A stretch of DNA of 52,753 nt from a virus (taxonomy: Duplodnaviria; Caudoviricetes): positions 1-52,753 of the IMG/VR virus record IMGVR_UViG_3300028920_000086; one strand, given 5' to 3'. Positions 26,219 through 37,346 of this stretch are shown piece after piece. How positions within the stretch are numbered: the first letter of the stretch is position 1; every line of letters begins with the position of its first letter. Position numbers and translations under genes: made by a program. The notes under the pieces were generated by a model. The model did not search any database. It was given only the letters and a program-made list of their open reading frames with translations, and was not told the origin of the DNA.

Positions 26219-29200
26219 TTAACCTCTTTCATCTTTTAATTTTAGACTCCCATTTTCATCAATATGAGTAATTAATAAAATAGTTTTTTGATATATTGTA
26301 TCAGAATATTTATGAGGGCAAAATACATCTCCTCGTCTATATCCTGTTAAAAGTAATTTATTTCCTCTAGTAAACCAAGATTTTTCTAAAATTGTTTTAC
26401 TTCCATCTTCATTTTTTTCAGAAATTTGTCTATTATAAAAATTATATTTACCTTCATACATTTTTATTTTAACAACTCCCGTATTAGTTAATAAAGTAAT
26501 AGTATGTCGCGTATTGTTTTTATCAATAACAGTGCCGACAATTCGAGATAAATTAAATTTATATCTAGTTTTACCCCTCCATTTATAACTAGTTATTATT
26601 TCTGGATTTTCGGGTAAATAATTAAAATTTTCAATTAAATATTTCTCATTATTTACATGATATAGTTCATGCTTATTAAAATAAAATGATAAACTATCCA
26701 TATCCCATTTATTAATATCATCACCACATGAATGATTCCATTGTTCTTGAAATATAGCTAAATTTAAATTTTTTAAAATTATATCATCATTTAAAAAATT
26801 TTTTATTTTATCTTCATATTGTTTTAATTCTTTTTCTAATTTTTTTTGTGATAAAATTGCATAATTGTCTTCTATATTTTTTATACATTCTTCTGAAAAA
26901 TGAGTTAAGAAAAAATCTAAATATTCATTTTTTAATTTTAATAAAGTATCTTTTTGTTTTCTTTTTCCTACAACAGTAATAATATTATCAATTATTTGTT
27001 TTTTAATATATTTTTTAAAATTAATAATTCTAATTAAAATACTATATTTTTCTGGAATTAAATTATATTTTTGTAACATATCTAAATTACTTAAAGTTAA
27101 TTTAGATTTTTTTTCCATTGTTTTTTCTATAAAATATTTCATAATATCTTTTTTATTTTTATTTTCAATTACATCAAAACAGCCAGCCTTAATTAATTGT
27201 ATAATTTGTGACTTTTTTATCTTAACTTTATCTTTTTCAACATAAAAGTTTTTATCTAAAAAATCGTCAAAATTTTTATATGGTCTTCTTTTAATAATAA
27301 AATGTACTACATCATCTCCTATTCCATTAATACCTTTTAATCCAAAAATAATATTATTGTTTTTTAAATCAGGAACAAATCCAAATTCAGCTTTGTTTAT
27401 ATCTGGTAATGCTATCTTAACATTAGTTTTATATAATATATTTCCTATAGCCGTAGCTATTTTTCCATAATCAGTTGATTTAGAATTTTGATTTTCTTCA
27501 TCGGATGCAGAATCTACAATTAAACAGGCAGTGTGCCAAAATAATTCTGGATAAAAATAAAATAAATTCATTTCTTGTAAAGCAATTAATGAATAAGCAT
27601 AAGTATGAGGATATGAAAAAGCATATCCAAAAGATTTAGCAAAAACTTGTGTCCAAATATATTGTAAAAATATTTTTTTTGTTTGATTTTTTAATCCTTT
27701 TGAAAAAAATAATTGTTTTGTTTTTTCTAATATATTAGCCTTTTTTTTAGCAATAGCTTTTCGTAATCCGTTAGCTTCCTGTAAAGAAAAATTACTTGTA
27801 TTTTTATCCATAGAAATTAACATTAATTTTTCTTGTGAATCGGCTAACCCGTAAGAATCTTTTAGATATTTATTTAAAATATTTATTTCCAAATCATCTA
27901 ATCCATAATTTTTCATACTTTTATACCATAATTGAATATCTTTTTTATATATGGTATATAATTCTAAAGGAGAAACACCACTATCTCCCGGCATTAATCG
28001 CATTAAAGAATTGGCAACCGCCAAATCATTAACATTCATTGGATTTATTCTTTTAATAGCCTCTTTACCAATATCAGTTTCAAATTGAAATATTGAAGGA
28101 ATTTCTGTTATTTTTTTCCACATTTCTTCATTTGTATAATTTAAATTGTTTGGATGTAAATATTTATCATATGTTTTTCTTAAACTGCCTTGCCATTGCA
28201 TCTTATTATGTTTAAGACATAAATTCATTGTCTGTTTTATTCTATCCAAAGCTTTAACTGTTAATGCATCAAATTTTATATTCCCCATTTGTTCTGTATC
28301 ATCTAAATCATATTGAGTGGTTAAATCTCCACCAGGAGATTTCATACAGGCTCCATATTTATCATATTCATCATTTAAAATTAATAATCCCGCAGCGTGT
28401 ACTCCCCTTTGACTAATTAATCCCTCTAATTCAGAAGCTGTTTCTAATAAATTGGGAAATTCCTCTAAAGCATTAATAAATACTGTATTAGGTGGGGTAT
28501 CTTCTGTTCCCTCTAAACAATTTTTTAAAGAAGCTATCTTACCTCTAATACTTGGTATTAAACTTGATATATACATTGCATCATCATTAGTATACCCTAG
28601 TCCTCTGCAAGCCACAAGAATAGCTGTTTTACTTGATAATTCACTATATGTACAAACATTTAACACATGTTTTTCACCAAAATAATTTTTAATAGCATTT
28701 AATATTGTTTTTCTTTTGGACTGTTGCGTATCTATATCTATATCTGGTAGCTCAGGTCGCTCTCTACTTAAATGTCTCCAAAATGGCATTAAATCACCAT
28801 GTTCAAGGGGATTTGTTTGTACAATTCCAATTAAATAAGTAATATAATAACAAAGAACACTTCCTCTACTAATACCAACTAAACTATTTCCTTCGTTCCA
28901 CATAATATCAATTATTTTATTAAAAGTATTATAATAAGATGATAGTGGTTGTTCTAATGTTAAACTAATAGTATATAATTCTCCAAGTTCAATGTTAATT
29001 CTATTTAACTCTTCTTCATACTGATTTAAATCAGTATTTTGATTTATATTATAAATTTTTTTTAATCCTTTTTCTATTTGAAATAATAAATATCTATCTT
29101 GTTGATTTTTTGACTCTGCAAATTTTTTTATATAGTCATATTTACTGTATTTATTTTTTAATAAATGATTTAATTTATTAAAATTATTTGTTTCAAATAA

Positions 29201-30181
29201 ATTATCTTTTTTTAAATTTAAAACAGGAATCATTTGTTTATGTTCTAAATTATATTTTTGAACCATATCTCCAACAATATTTGTATTTTCTATTGCCTTG
29301 GTTGCCTCTTCTTTTGCTAAATGTGTCGATAAATGTTGAAATGTTTCTTTTTCGGTCATTAAATAACAACTAGCATAAAATTGTTCTACTTCTCTTTCTG
29401 AATCTTTAGAATTTAAATATGCTGTATGTATTGGTTTTTTTTCTAAAGAAAGATAATGAACATCACATGTAACAAAATATTTTAATCCATACGCATTAGC
29501 AATTTTAACAGCATATTTATTAAAGGCTTTTTGCTCTTCTTGTCCTTCTACTCCCGGTTGCAATTCTATAAAAAAATAATTTTTTCCAAAAGTTTCAATA
29601 CAAAATGTAATAAATTCATGTATTTCTTCTTTTTTATTTTGAATAATTTCAGAATTATTAGTTTTTTCTAATTCAATTAATTCTAAAACTAATTTTCCTA
29701 ATAAACCACCAATACATGCCGTAGAACCAACCAAGTGTCCTTGATTACTTCCTATAACTTTTTTTAAGTCTGTTGTTAAAGTAGGTCTTCTAATTAATCC
29801 CTTTTTAAAAAAGCTTCTTTCCCATGCTCTGCAAGATAGGGTTCTTAATTGTTGATGTCCTATATCATCTAAAGCAATTAAAAGAAAATGAGGATAAAAA
29901 GCATTTTTATAATCATTTTGCCTAAAATCCTCATTCATTTTTTCTGTAAGTAAATAAATTTCATTACCTAATATAATTTTAAAATCTTTATATTCTTCTT
30001 TTTTTTGTATTTGTGTTGCTTTAAAATGCCCACCTAAAATTTCATGATCTGTTATTGCAATGCCTTTATGACCTAATTTATGAGCTTCTTTAATTAAATT
30101 TTCTAATTTATTAGTTGTATCAGAAAAACCAAGCGCTGCATTGCTATAATGTGTATGAGCATGTAATTCATATTTTTTCAT
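26219..30181 (-). CDS. dnaE: DNA polymerase III alpha (SPbeta YorL-like) with PHP domain
   Basis: HAHTHYS, TDH, CDVHY, LPDIDID, HAAG, GYAFSYPH; start likely ATG 30181 (TAATG overlap). Confidence 0.93.
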   Translation of the reverse strand: MKKYELHAHTHYSNAALGFSDTTNKLENLIKEAHKLGHKGIAITDHEILGGHFKATQIQKKEEYKDFKIILGNEIYLLTEKMNEDFRQNDYKNAFYPHFLLIALDDIGHQQLRTLSCRAWERSFFKKGLIRRPTLTTDLKKVIGSNQGHLVGSTACIGGLLGKLVLELIELEKTNNSEIIQNKKEEIHEFITFCIETFGKNYFFIELQPGVEGQEEQKAFNKYAVKIANAYGLKYFVTCDVHYLSLEKKPIHTAYLNSKDSEREVEQFYASCYLMTEKETFQHLSTHLAKEEATKAIENTNIVGDMVQKYNLEHKQMIPVLNLKKDNLFETNNFNKLNHLLKNKYSKYDYIKKFAESKNQQDRYLLFQIEKGLKKIYNINQNTDLNQYEEELNRINIELGELYTISLTLEQPLSSYYNTFNKIIDIMWNEGNSLVGISRGSVLCYYITYLIGIVQTNPLEHGDLMPFWRHLSRERPELPDIDIDTQQSKRKTILNAIKNYFGEKHVLNVCTYSELSSKTAILVACRGLGYTNDDAMYISSLIPSIRGKIASLKNCLEGTEDTPPNTVFINALEEFPNLLETASELEGLISQRGVHAAGLLILNDEYDKYGACMKSPGGDLTTQYDLDDTEQMGNIKFDALTVKALDRIKQTMNLCLKHNKMQWQGSLRKTYDKYLHPNNLNYTNEEMWKKITEIPSIFQFETDIGKEAIKRINPMNVNDLAVANSLMRLMPGDSGVSPLELYTIYKKDIQLWYKSMKNYGLDDLEINILNKYLKDSYGLADSQEKLMLISMDKNTSNFSLQEANGLRKAIAKKKANILEKTKQLFFSKGLKNQTKKIFLQYIWTQVFAKSFGYAFSYPHTYAYSLIALQEMNLFYFYPELFWHTACLIVDSASDEENQNSKSTDYGKIATAIGNILYKTNVKIALPDINKAEFGFVPDLKNNNIIFGLKGINGIGDDVVHFIIKRRPYKNFDDFLDKNFYVEKDKVKIKKSQIIQLIKAGCFDVIENKNKKDIMKYFIEKTMEKKSKLTLSNLDMLQKYNLIPEKYSILIRIINFKKYIKKQIIDNIITVVGKRKQKDTLLKLKNEYLDFFLTHFSEECIKNIEDNYAILSQKKLEKELKQYEDKIKNFLNDDIILKNLNLAIFQEQWNHSCGDDINKWDMDSLSFYFNKHELYHVNNEKYLIENFNYLPENPEIITSYKWRGKTRYKFNLSRIVGTVIDKNNTRHTITLLTNTGVVKIKMYEGKYNFYNRQISEKNEDGSKTILEKSWFTRGNKLLLTGYRRGDVFCPHKYSDTIYQKTILLITHIDENGSLKLKDERG

Positions 30182-30747
30182 TAGATATTTAACCACGTCC
30201 ATTCTATAGCATCTAACTGCTCTTGTGTTGTACAGGCCATAACTTGACCAATAATTGTTAAAAATGCCATAGTTTTTGTTTCTTTTGATACTACAGCATC
30301 ATGATACAAAGCTTGAAATTCTAAAACATCCCATTCATATGGAACTAATTCATTAGAAGCTTTCCAATATATACTTGTATTTCCTAATGTTATATCTTGA
30401 GCTTTTCCCATAATATTAATTTGAGCCTGTTCATCAAAATCATAAAATTTTGTACCATTTTTAGCATCACTATAAAAACCTGCCTCTATGTTTTTTATTA
30501 ATAATTTATTTAATTCAGCAATTTTTTTTACTTTTTTCTGACAACTAAGTATATTACATGTACATGTGCTAACTCCATCTTTTACACATTTAGTTAATAA
30601 ATTATTAATTGTTTCAGATGACGGTTGGTCTTCTGGCGCATTCCACTCAAATATTCTTGTTCCATTTTCGTCAGATAATATTTTTATTTCATTAATAAAA
30701 TCAACTTCTCTTCCTAAAATAAACTGTATAGCCTCTGTTATTTTCAT
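30181..30747 (-). CDS. tail-fibre assembly/chaperone-like protein (XkdW-like N-term, DUF4376-like C-term)
   Basis: AIQFI..D..G.RIFEWN...QPS; YDFDEQAQINI..YWKA..LDAIEW. Confidence 0.6.
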   Translation of the reverse strand: MKITEAIQFILGREVDFINEIKILSDENGTRIFEWNAPEDQPSSETINNLLTKCVKDGVSTCTCNILSCQKKVKKIAELNKLLIKNIEAGFYSDAKNGTKFYDFDEQAQINIMGKAQDITLGNTSIYWKASNELVPYEWDVLEFQALYHDAVVSKETKTMAFLTIIGQVMACTTQEQLDAIEWTWLNI

Positions 30748-30765
30748 TGTATTTCCCTTCTATAT

Positions 30766-31317
30766 TTAACCCAATTTAAAAACATGAAATCTACCCTTAT
30801 TTGTATTGTTTGTATAAGTTCCCAAGTCAGGAGAAGCATCATGATATCCATAAACAGATAATTCATCATTTGCCGAAAGTGCTATTGTATCAATCAATTT
30901 ATGTGTAACTTGTACACTAGTATCTCCTCTAGTATCATAAAAATCTTGATAACTTGTATATCCAGTTGGATTGCCATTTAAATAAAATTCAATTATTGAT
31001 TTTATTTCAACATCTGTATAAAATGTTAAATTAACTATACATAAATATATACCATCTACTTTTGGAACAAAAATATTATTATTAGAATTCCATTCATTTT
31101 GATTATCCTGATTAACAGAATTAAAAGTAAGTTTTGTCCAAGTATATGGATCAAAAAATTGAGATTGTGTTTTTAAAATAGAAATATAAGATTGATAAGG
31201 TATATCAATAATTCCTGCATTAGTTTCTCCTGTTCCTCGAACAAATAAGGATTTATTTGAGCTGTCTTTATAACTAATTAAATTTCCTGTATTTTCTAAA
31301 TTTTTTAAATTCTTCAT
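30766..31317 (-). CDS. C1q/TNF-like domain protein resembling a tail-fibre tip
   Basis: GIIDIPYQ..TKLTFN..FVPKVDGIY..LSANDELSVY..FHVFKLG. Confidence 0.65.
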   Translation of the reverse strand: MKNLKNLENTGNLISYKDSSNKSLFVRGTGETNAGIIDIPYQSYISILKTQSQFFDPYTWTKLTFNSVNQDNQNEWNSNNNIFVPKVDGIYLCIVNLTFYTDVEIKSIIEFYLNGNPTGYTSYQDFYDTRGDTSVQVTHKLIDTIALSANDELSVYGYHDASPDLGTYTNNTNKGRFHVFKLG

Positions 31318-31344
31318 TTTGTTTTATTTATTTCTATCCTTCCA

Positions 31345-33090
31345 TTAGAATAGTATTTCTTTTTCTTTTTTATTAAATTTTATTTTTTTTATTTGAATTT
31401 GTGGAGTTTTTCTATTTTCATAAATATTAATACCACAAGTACCAATTAATTCTATATTAATTCTTTTGTATTTTGTCAATTCATTATAATATTCTTCATT
31501 GGTAAAAAATTTAATAAAATCAATATTATTATATTGAAATTTAATTGTATTTTTTCTAGAACCCAATAACATAATATCACTACTATTCATAATAATATTA
31601 TTTATATAAATTTTTGGTTTTGCAACATTTTGTCCCCAACAATTTAATTCTCCAATTTGGTAAATAAATTCTTCATTTAATTGATCTGCCTCTAAAATAA
31701 AATCTACCATGATATAATTTTCAAATATAACATTTTCTAATATTTTATTAAATTTTGACTGTAATTTATTTAAATTATTATGTGAAATATTTATTCCAAA
31801 AGCATTTTCATGTCCTTCTGCTAATGAAAATAATTTTGTATCTTGTACAATTTTAATGAATTTAATTTCATCACCTGTTTGAGTTTTAATATTACATCTT
31901 GCGCTACCACCATATACATTTTGTGTATAATTTTTTAATATAATAGTTGGTTTTTTATAAAAATCCATTAATTCATTTGCCATTAAGCCTGTTAAGTTTT
32001 TATAAGTATCTTCTTCATTATAAACAATCAAAACTTTTTCATTGTTTAATTTTTTTTCTTCAATTTTTTCTTTTAAAACTTCTATTCCTTTTTTCTTTAA
32101 TTTGTCTTGTCTAGATTTTGTATTTTTACAAATTCTAGACATTGCAACTGTAATATGTTGTTTTACTGTTTCTTTAGAACCTCTTTTTTTATAATCAAAA
32201 TATATATCTTCATTAATAAAAGCCCTAAATAAATTTTCTTTTTCTTCTATTGTTCCCATTCTAATTAAAGCATTAATTAAAGGAACTATATAATATACAA
32301 TACTTTCAATTGTAGGTTCCCCTCCAATTGAAAATTCTTGTGCTTTAATTAATTTAATTAAAAATGGATTTTTAATATTATTTAAACCAGCATCAATAAT
32401 ATATTTTGTTTCCAAGTTACGAATATCCATAACATCTCCAACAATACCCCACATAGCTAAATCTATATAATTATCAGCCGAAGATAAATTATAATAATAA
32501 TCTAAAGCTTGACAAAATTTATAAACTACTCCTGCCCCTGATAATGTTTGGTTTGGATAATAATATTTATTTTCAGCATCTTTTAATTGATTATTTATTA
32601 TAATAGCATGTTCACTTTCTTTTTCTGTAATATGATGATCTAAAATTAAAATATCTATATTTTTTTCTGCGAGTTGTTGATGTATTAAATAATCATTAGA
32701 ACCAGCATCAGGTATTATAATTAACGAAAATGGTTCAAATAAATTAATAGGAAAATGATTTATTCCATGCTGTTTTTTGGGTTGTACAACAAATTCTATA
32801 TTATTTTTATTTAATTTTTGACTATCTATTAAATAGTTATATAATATAGCACTGCTAGTAAACCCATCACAATCTGAATCAATAACTATTAATATTTTAT
32901 TTTGAGACTGTAAATGTTTATTTAAACACTCAACACCTCTGTTTATATTTTTTAATAATTTATAACTATTTTCAAATTTTTCGGTTGGAAATAGAAAATT
33001 ATTAATATTATCTTTAGCAATTCCCCTATTTATAAAAACTGTTTCTAAGGCATTTTCATAATTATTTTTTCCAATTAATTTATATTTCAT
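31345..33090 (-). CDS. recJ: RecJ-like DHH ssDNA exonuclease (YorK-like)
   Basis: DSDCDG, PDAG, LDHH, GSAR, EGHENAFG. Confidence 0.88.
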   Translation of the reverse strand: MKYKLIGKNNYENALETVFINRGIAKDNINNFLFPTEKFENSYKLLKNINRGVECLNKHLQSQNKILIVIDSDCDGFTSSAILYNYLIDSQKLNKNNIEFVVQPKKQHGINHFPINLFEPFSLIIIPDAGSNDYLIHQQLAEKNIDILILDHHITEKESEHAIIINNQLKDAENKYYYPNQTLSGAGVVYKFCQALDYYYNLSSADNYIDLAMWGIVGDVMDIRNLETKYIIDAGLNNIKNPFLIKLIKAQEFSIGGEPTIESIVYYIVPLINALIRMGTIEEKENLFRAFINEDIYFDYKKRGSKETVKQHITVAMSRICKNTKSRQDKLKKKGIEVLKEKIEEKKLNNEKVLIVYNEEDTYKNLTGLMANELMDFYKKPTIILKNYTQNVYGGSARCNIKTQTGDEIKFIKIVQDTKLFSLAEGHENAFGINISHNNLNKLQSKFNKILENVIFENYIMVDFILEADQLNEEFIYQIGELNCWGQNVAKPKIYINNIIMNSSDIMLLGSRKNTIKFQYNNIDFIKFFTNEEYYNELTKYKRINIELIGTCGINIYENRKTPQIQIKKIKFNKKEKEILF

Positions 33091-33117
33091 ATTTTTTTCT
33101 CTTTTCTAAAATTCATA

Positions 33118-34233
33118 TTATCCCCTTTGTTTTTCAATTATACTTTTCATCTCATTTAAAGATTTTTTATTTTTTAATAATTCATTAAAAACATCTTTCC
33201 CCTGATCAATTGGACTATCTTTATATTTTAATAAATTATTTTCATCAATTAGTATATATATATTAAAAAATTGTTTTAAATATTCTATTTTTTTTAATAT
33301 TTTTAATAAATAAATTAATAATTCTTGTTTATTTGTATATTCTTTATCAAAACCTATAATTAAATTTGTAATATTTAAATCAATTAATAAATTTCTTTGT
33401 ATTGTAGATATATTACTACCACTGACAGCGGTACTGTTTTTTATATTAAACCAACTATTATGTTTTAAAACACTTTTTTCACCTTCAAATAAAATAACGG
33501 TGCGACTTTTTTGTATATCATTTTTATTAATATTTAAACCATATAAATTATGACCAGTATTATGGGTATACCATGCTCCATTGATAAATAGTGGTAAATA
33601 TTTATATCCATTTTCTGTGCTTTCTGAGCTTAAATTTCGAACTCTAATACCTATTAATTTATTATTTATATTATAATGAGGTATTACAATTGCATTTTTA
33701 CTTGGATAAAATTTTATATTAAAGTTTTTCATTATCTTTGGACTAATATTTTCATTAATCCATGAAATATGATAATAATTTAAAAAATAATTTAAAATAT
33801 GACTATCATATTCTTTTAAGGGTTTATCTTTTGTTTCTTTATTTAAAAATTTATTTAAAATATAAAAATCTACAACTTTTGTATTTGTTTCATATTGATA
33901 ATCAATAAGTCCTTCATCTTTATGGAAAAAACTTTTTATAAAATCTACACTTTGTTTAAAAGAATATTCCTTACCTTCTGTTTGTTTAATTTTTTTAATT
34001 AACCCAAAAATATCAAAAGATTCATTACAATCAGTATAACAATGAAAATTATAACTATTGGGATAATAATATAATTTCTGTTTATTGCCACAATGACAAA
34101 TAGTTGAAAATAAAAAATTACCATTTTTATCTTTTTTACAAGGAAGACTTCCAAAATGAACCATAAAAGATTCTATTTCTTCTGTTGTTAAACTTTTTTT
34201 TAAAGCAATAATTTCCTCTTCATGATACCACAT
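33118..34233 (-). CDS. DNA primase (YorJ-like)
   Basis: CH..FHCYTDC Zn finger; TOPRIM FEGEKS, GFDKE. Confidence 0.85.
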   Translation of the reverse strand: MWYHEEEIIALKKSLTTEEIESFMVHFGSLPCKKDKNGNFLFSTICHCGNKQKLYYYPNSYNFHCYTDCNESFDIFGLIKKIKQTEGKEYSFKQSVDFIKSFFHKDEGLIDYQYETNTKVVDFYILNKFLNKETKDKPLKEYDSHILNYFLNYYHISWINENISPKIMKNFNIKFYPSKNAIVIPHYNINNKLIGIRVRNLSSESTENGYKYLPLFINGAWYTHNTGHNLYGLNINKNDIQKSRTVILFEGEKSVLKHNSWFNIKNSTAVSGSNISTIQRNLLIDLNITNLIIGFDKEYTNKQELLIYLLKILKKIEYLKQFFNIYILIDENNLLKYKDSPIDQGKDVFNELLKNKKSLNEMKSIIEKQRG

Positions 34234-34239
34234 TTATTT

Positions 34240-35784
34240 TTATATATTTTCTTCTTGATATTCTTGATAATTATTATCATTTTCAATATAATGTTTTATT
34301 TTATCAAAAGTAATTAATTTATTTTTTTCATCTGTAATAAATAAATCTTCGGTTCTACAAAGACCTAAATTGGCATTTAACCAAATTTTTATAGAAACAT
34401 ATTTACTTCTTCTGTTTTTATAAACATGATATATTAAATTTGGTTGTATACATAATCCTTCTTGTATACTTTTAATATTATTTAATTCTTTTCGTGTAGG
34501 TTTTAAGGCTATTATTCCAATATCTATTTTATCAGCCATCGATTTTGCTCCCCTGAGCATGTTTTGATTTGGAGCAACGCCACTTGACCACTCAGAATTT
34601 AATTGTGTAGCACTCATAATAAACACATCATGCTCTTCTGCAAATGCTTTTAATTTTATACAAAACATTAATAAAACTAAATCTTCTCTTAATTTTAATC
34701 CTTTACTGTCATTAGCCATTTCTCCTAAGATTTTAGGTGTAATATGAATATAATCAAAAAAGATATATTCTGTTTTATTTAGATTAATTTGTAATTTCAT
34801 TGTTTCTAAAATGTCGTTTGTACTAAAATTAAGGTGTCTTTCTATAATAAAATTACCATTATTTATTATATTTGTAGCTTCTTCTACCCTTGTCGCTTCA
34901 TCTTCTGTATATTCTCCAATTAAAATTTTTGCTTCATCTACCCCTGCAACAAAAGCCAATAACATAGTTTGAATTTCAGGTATCGATAATTCAGTTGTAA
35001 GAAATAAAATTTTTTCATTATGATTAGTTTTTATCCATTTTTGTTTTTCAATATCATAAATTTTAGGAAAAGCTAAATAACAAGCATCTCCTAATAGCGT
35101 TCTTGTTTTACCACAACCACTAGGAGCACTTCGTATAACAAATGTTCCTTTTCTAGCTCCCATACACACTTCACTTAAATAAGCACTATAAAATGGTAAT
35201 CCAAATTCAGGAGTTTCTTTTAAATCATCTACTAATTCTTTCAACTGATTTCCTCCTGTAGATTTTATTATTGTTGAATCTGACATAAAATCTTCTTTAA
35301 TTTTAATTAATTTTATATCAATTTTTTGTATTATATCTGAAATAGATAGAGTATGAAATTTATTATTAATTTTTTCATAATTTTCTTCGTTTTCATCTTC
35401 TGTATAAATTTCAGATATATCAAATCCATTTTCTTCTAATCGTCTTAGAAGAGAATATTTTTTAAAATTTATATAATAAAAATCAAAATTTTCAACTTTT
35501 GCTAATTTTAAATAATCATTTATTAATTTAATACCTAAATTCTCTTGAAAAACCTCATATTGTTTTGGATATTTAGATAAAAAAGAATCTATTACATACG
35601 CATCCAGTGTAGTAACTTTCTTTTTAATAACTAAATTTTTAATACATTGTAAAATTATTATATGTAATTCTTCAAGAAAATCTTCTTTTTGAATAATATA
35701 TTTATTGTTATATAATAAGGTCGGTTTTGCAACTAAACAAGCTAATACCTGCATTGTTGCTGAATAATCTTGATATTCACTCAT
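34240..35784 (-). CDS. replicative SF4 DnaB-like helicase (YorI-like)
   Basis: APSGCGKT, FDYI, ATQLN, LRGAKSMADKID, KNRR. Confidence 0.88.
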   Translation of the reverse strand: MSEYQDYSATMQVLACLVAKPTLLYNNKYIIQKEDFLEELHIIILQCIKNLVIKKKVTTLDAYVIDSFLSKYPKQYEVFQENLGIKLINDYLKLAKVENFDFYYINFKKYSLLRRLEENGFDISEIYTEDENEENYEKINNKFHTLSISDIIQKIDIKLIKIKEDFMSDSTIIKSTGGNQLKELVDDLKETPEFGLPFYSAYLSEVCMGARKGTFVIRSAPSGCGKTRTLLGDACYLAFPKIYDIEKQKWIKTNHNEKILFLTTELSIPEIQTMLLAFVAGVDEAKILIGEYTEDEATRVEEATNIINNGNFIIERHLNFSTNDILETMKLQINLNKTEYIFFDYIHITPKILGEMANDSKGLKLREDLVLLMFCIKLKAFAEEHDVFIMSATQLNSEWSSGVAPNQNMLRGAKSMADKIDIGIIALKPTRKELNNIKSIQEGLCIQPNLIYHVYKNRRSKYVSIKIWLNANLGLCRTEDLFITDEKNKLITFDKIKHYIENDNNYQEYQEENI

Positions 35785-36323
35785 AAGTCCTCCAATTCTA
35801 AATCTATTAATGATTTAAATTGTGAATTATATCTTTTGTTTTTCTTTTTTATTTTTTTTATTATAATTTTTTGTATATTTTTTTTTATTATATCTTGATT
35901 TTCTTTGTTTATTTGTTTATTATAATTATATTCTTCTTTTAATTTATCATAATAGTAAGGTATTTTAAAAATACTATATTGATTAAATTCATCTTTTTGT
36001 TCTTGAATTATATATTTTAATGTCAACAACATTCCTGTATATTTATAATTATAAGGTTCTTTTGTATATTTTTGTATTTGTTGAGGAATAAAACTGGTAA
36101 ATTCTAATTGATTTTCTTTTAAATGAAAATCAATAAAATCTAATAACTCTTTCCATTCTTCTGTTTTCCCATTTTCTTTTCGTTGTTGTATTCTTTTTTT
36201 CTTTTCATCTTTTTCTTTTGTTAAACAATTAGGATGAAAAAATCTATTGCCATATTTTATTCCAGTACCTTTTTCAATAATTTCTTCACAATATTTGCAT
36301 TTTGCATTTTGTTTATTCATCAA
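35781..36323 (-). CDS. Zn-finger protein (YorH-like, possible helicase loader)
   Basis: CKYC..FHPNC; position in module. Confidence 0.65.
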   Translation of the reverse strand: MMNKQNAKCKYCEEIIEKGTGIKYGNRFFHPNCLTKEKDEKKKRIQQRKENGKTEEWKELLDFIDFHLKENQLEFTSFIPQQIQKYTKEPYNYKYTGMLLTLKYIIQEQKDEFNQYSIFKIPYYYDKLKEEYNYNKQINKENQDIIKKNIQKIIIKKIKKKNKRYNSQFKSLIDLELEDL

Positions 36324-37314
36324 ATAGGTCTTTTAACTCGTCTATAATTAATCTTAAATTATCAACCTGTGATTCTGTTGCATTAGATACTAAACAATCA
36401 GCCCCTAAATGTTTTTCTACAATTTCTTCATATTTTGTTAATCTTTTTTCTTTTTTTAATTTATTATAATATTTTTGAATTTCTTTTGTAGCTTCTTTTA
36501 ACGTTATTTTTTCTATTGTATATTTTTTTTCTTGTTCCTCAAAAGAAATTGGTTTTGTTCCAAATAATTCGCTTTCTTTATCAATTGCATCATTAATAGC
36601 TTTTTCTAAATTTTCTGCTGTATACTCTTTTATCATACCAACTATTTGTGTAAATCTAGACCTTGCTTTATGTTCTATTGAATCCTTAAAATAGGCAGAA
36701 GAATTAATTACATTTCCATGTTCATTAATACCATTAGATTTTAAATAAACAACAAAATCAACTAAATCACATATAGGACGAACACATCTTTTTAAATCGC
36801 CTGCTGGATATTTTTTTTCTATTTCTTCTCCTTCTTCATTTGTAATACTATAACTCGTTTCATGAGCTATAAAATAAACTGTATAGCCACATGAAGTTAA
36901 TAAATTTATTTGATCTGAAAATTCACTTTCTAACTCTCTCCAAAGCCCATATCCACTATTACCTTCTTTTATGCGATTTACCCCATATGTATTACATATA
37001 AACTTTTCACACATAGCATATGCACGTTCTACAGTATCAAAAATGATTGTTTGATACATTTCTTTTGCTTGTTTTAATGTTTTTAAATTAGTTAATTGTC
37101 TATTAATTATTTTAAAATCAGCCCAAGACTGCATAGTATTAAATTTTATTCCTGCTTGTGCATTGATTCCTCGTTCAAAAGGTAGGTAGTATGGCTTTTC
37201 AAGATTACATGCAACTTTTGTTTTTCCAGTATCATTTGTTCCGTAAACTAGTATTGTTTTTCCTTCTAAACCAGAAGCTATTTCACTTATTTCTGGCTTG
37301 AAAATATCTATCAT
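36313..37314 (-). CDS. AAA_24/Sak4-like ATPase (YorG-like)
   Basis: GTNDTGKT, IIFDT, GYGLW, IAH, ARSRF. Confidence 0.8.
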   Translation of the reverse strand: MIDIFKPEISEIASGLEGKTILVYGTNDTGKTKVACNLEKPYYLPFERGINAQAGIKFNTMQSWADFKIINRQLTNLKTLKQAKEMYQTIIFDTVERAYAMCEKFICNTYGVNRIKEGNSGYGLWRELESEFSDQINLLTSCGYTVYFIAHETSYSITNEEGEEIEKKYPAGDLKRCVRPICDLVDFVVYLKSNGINEHGNVINSSAYFKDSIEHKARSRFTQIVGMIKEYTAENLEKAINDAIDKESELFGTKPISFEEQEKKYTIEKITLKEATKEIQKYYNKLKKEKRLTKYEEIVEKHLGADCLVSNATESQVDNLRLIIDELKDLFDE

Positions 37315-37346
37315 ATGTTATTTTCCCTTTCTTTTTTTATCTAAAA

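Noticed and set aside
26219-30181. Intein or intron in dnaE
   Set aside because: No intein terminal motifs seen, and the length is consistent with YorL-like polymerases.
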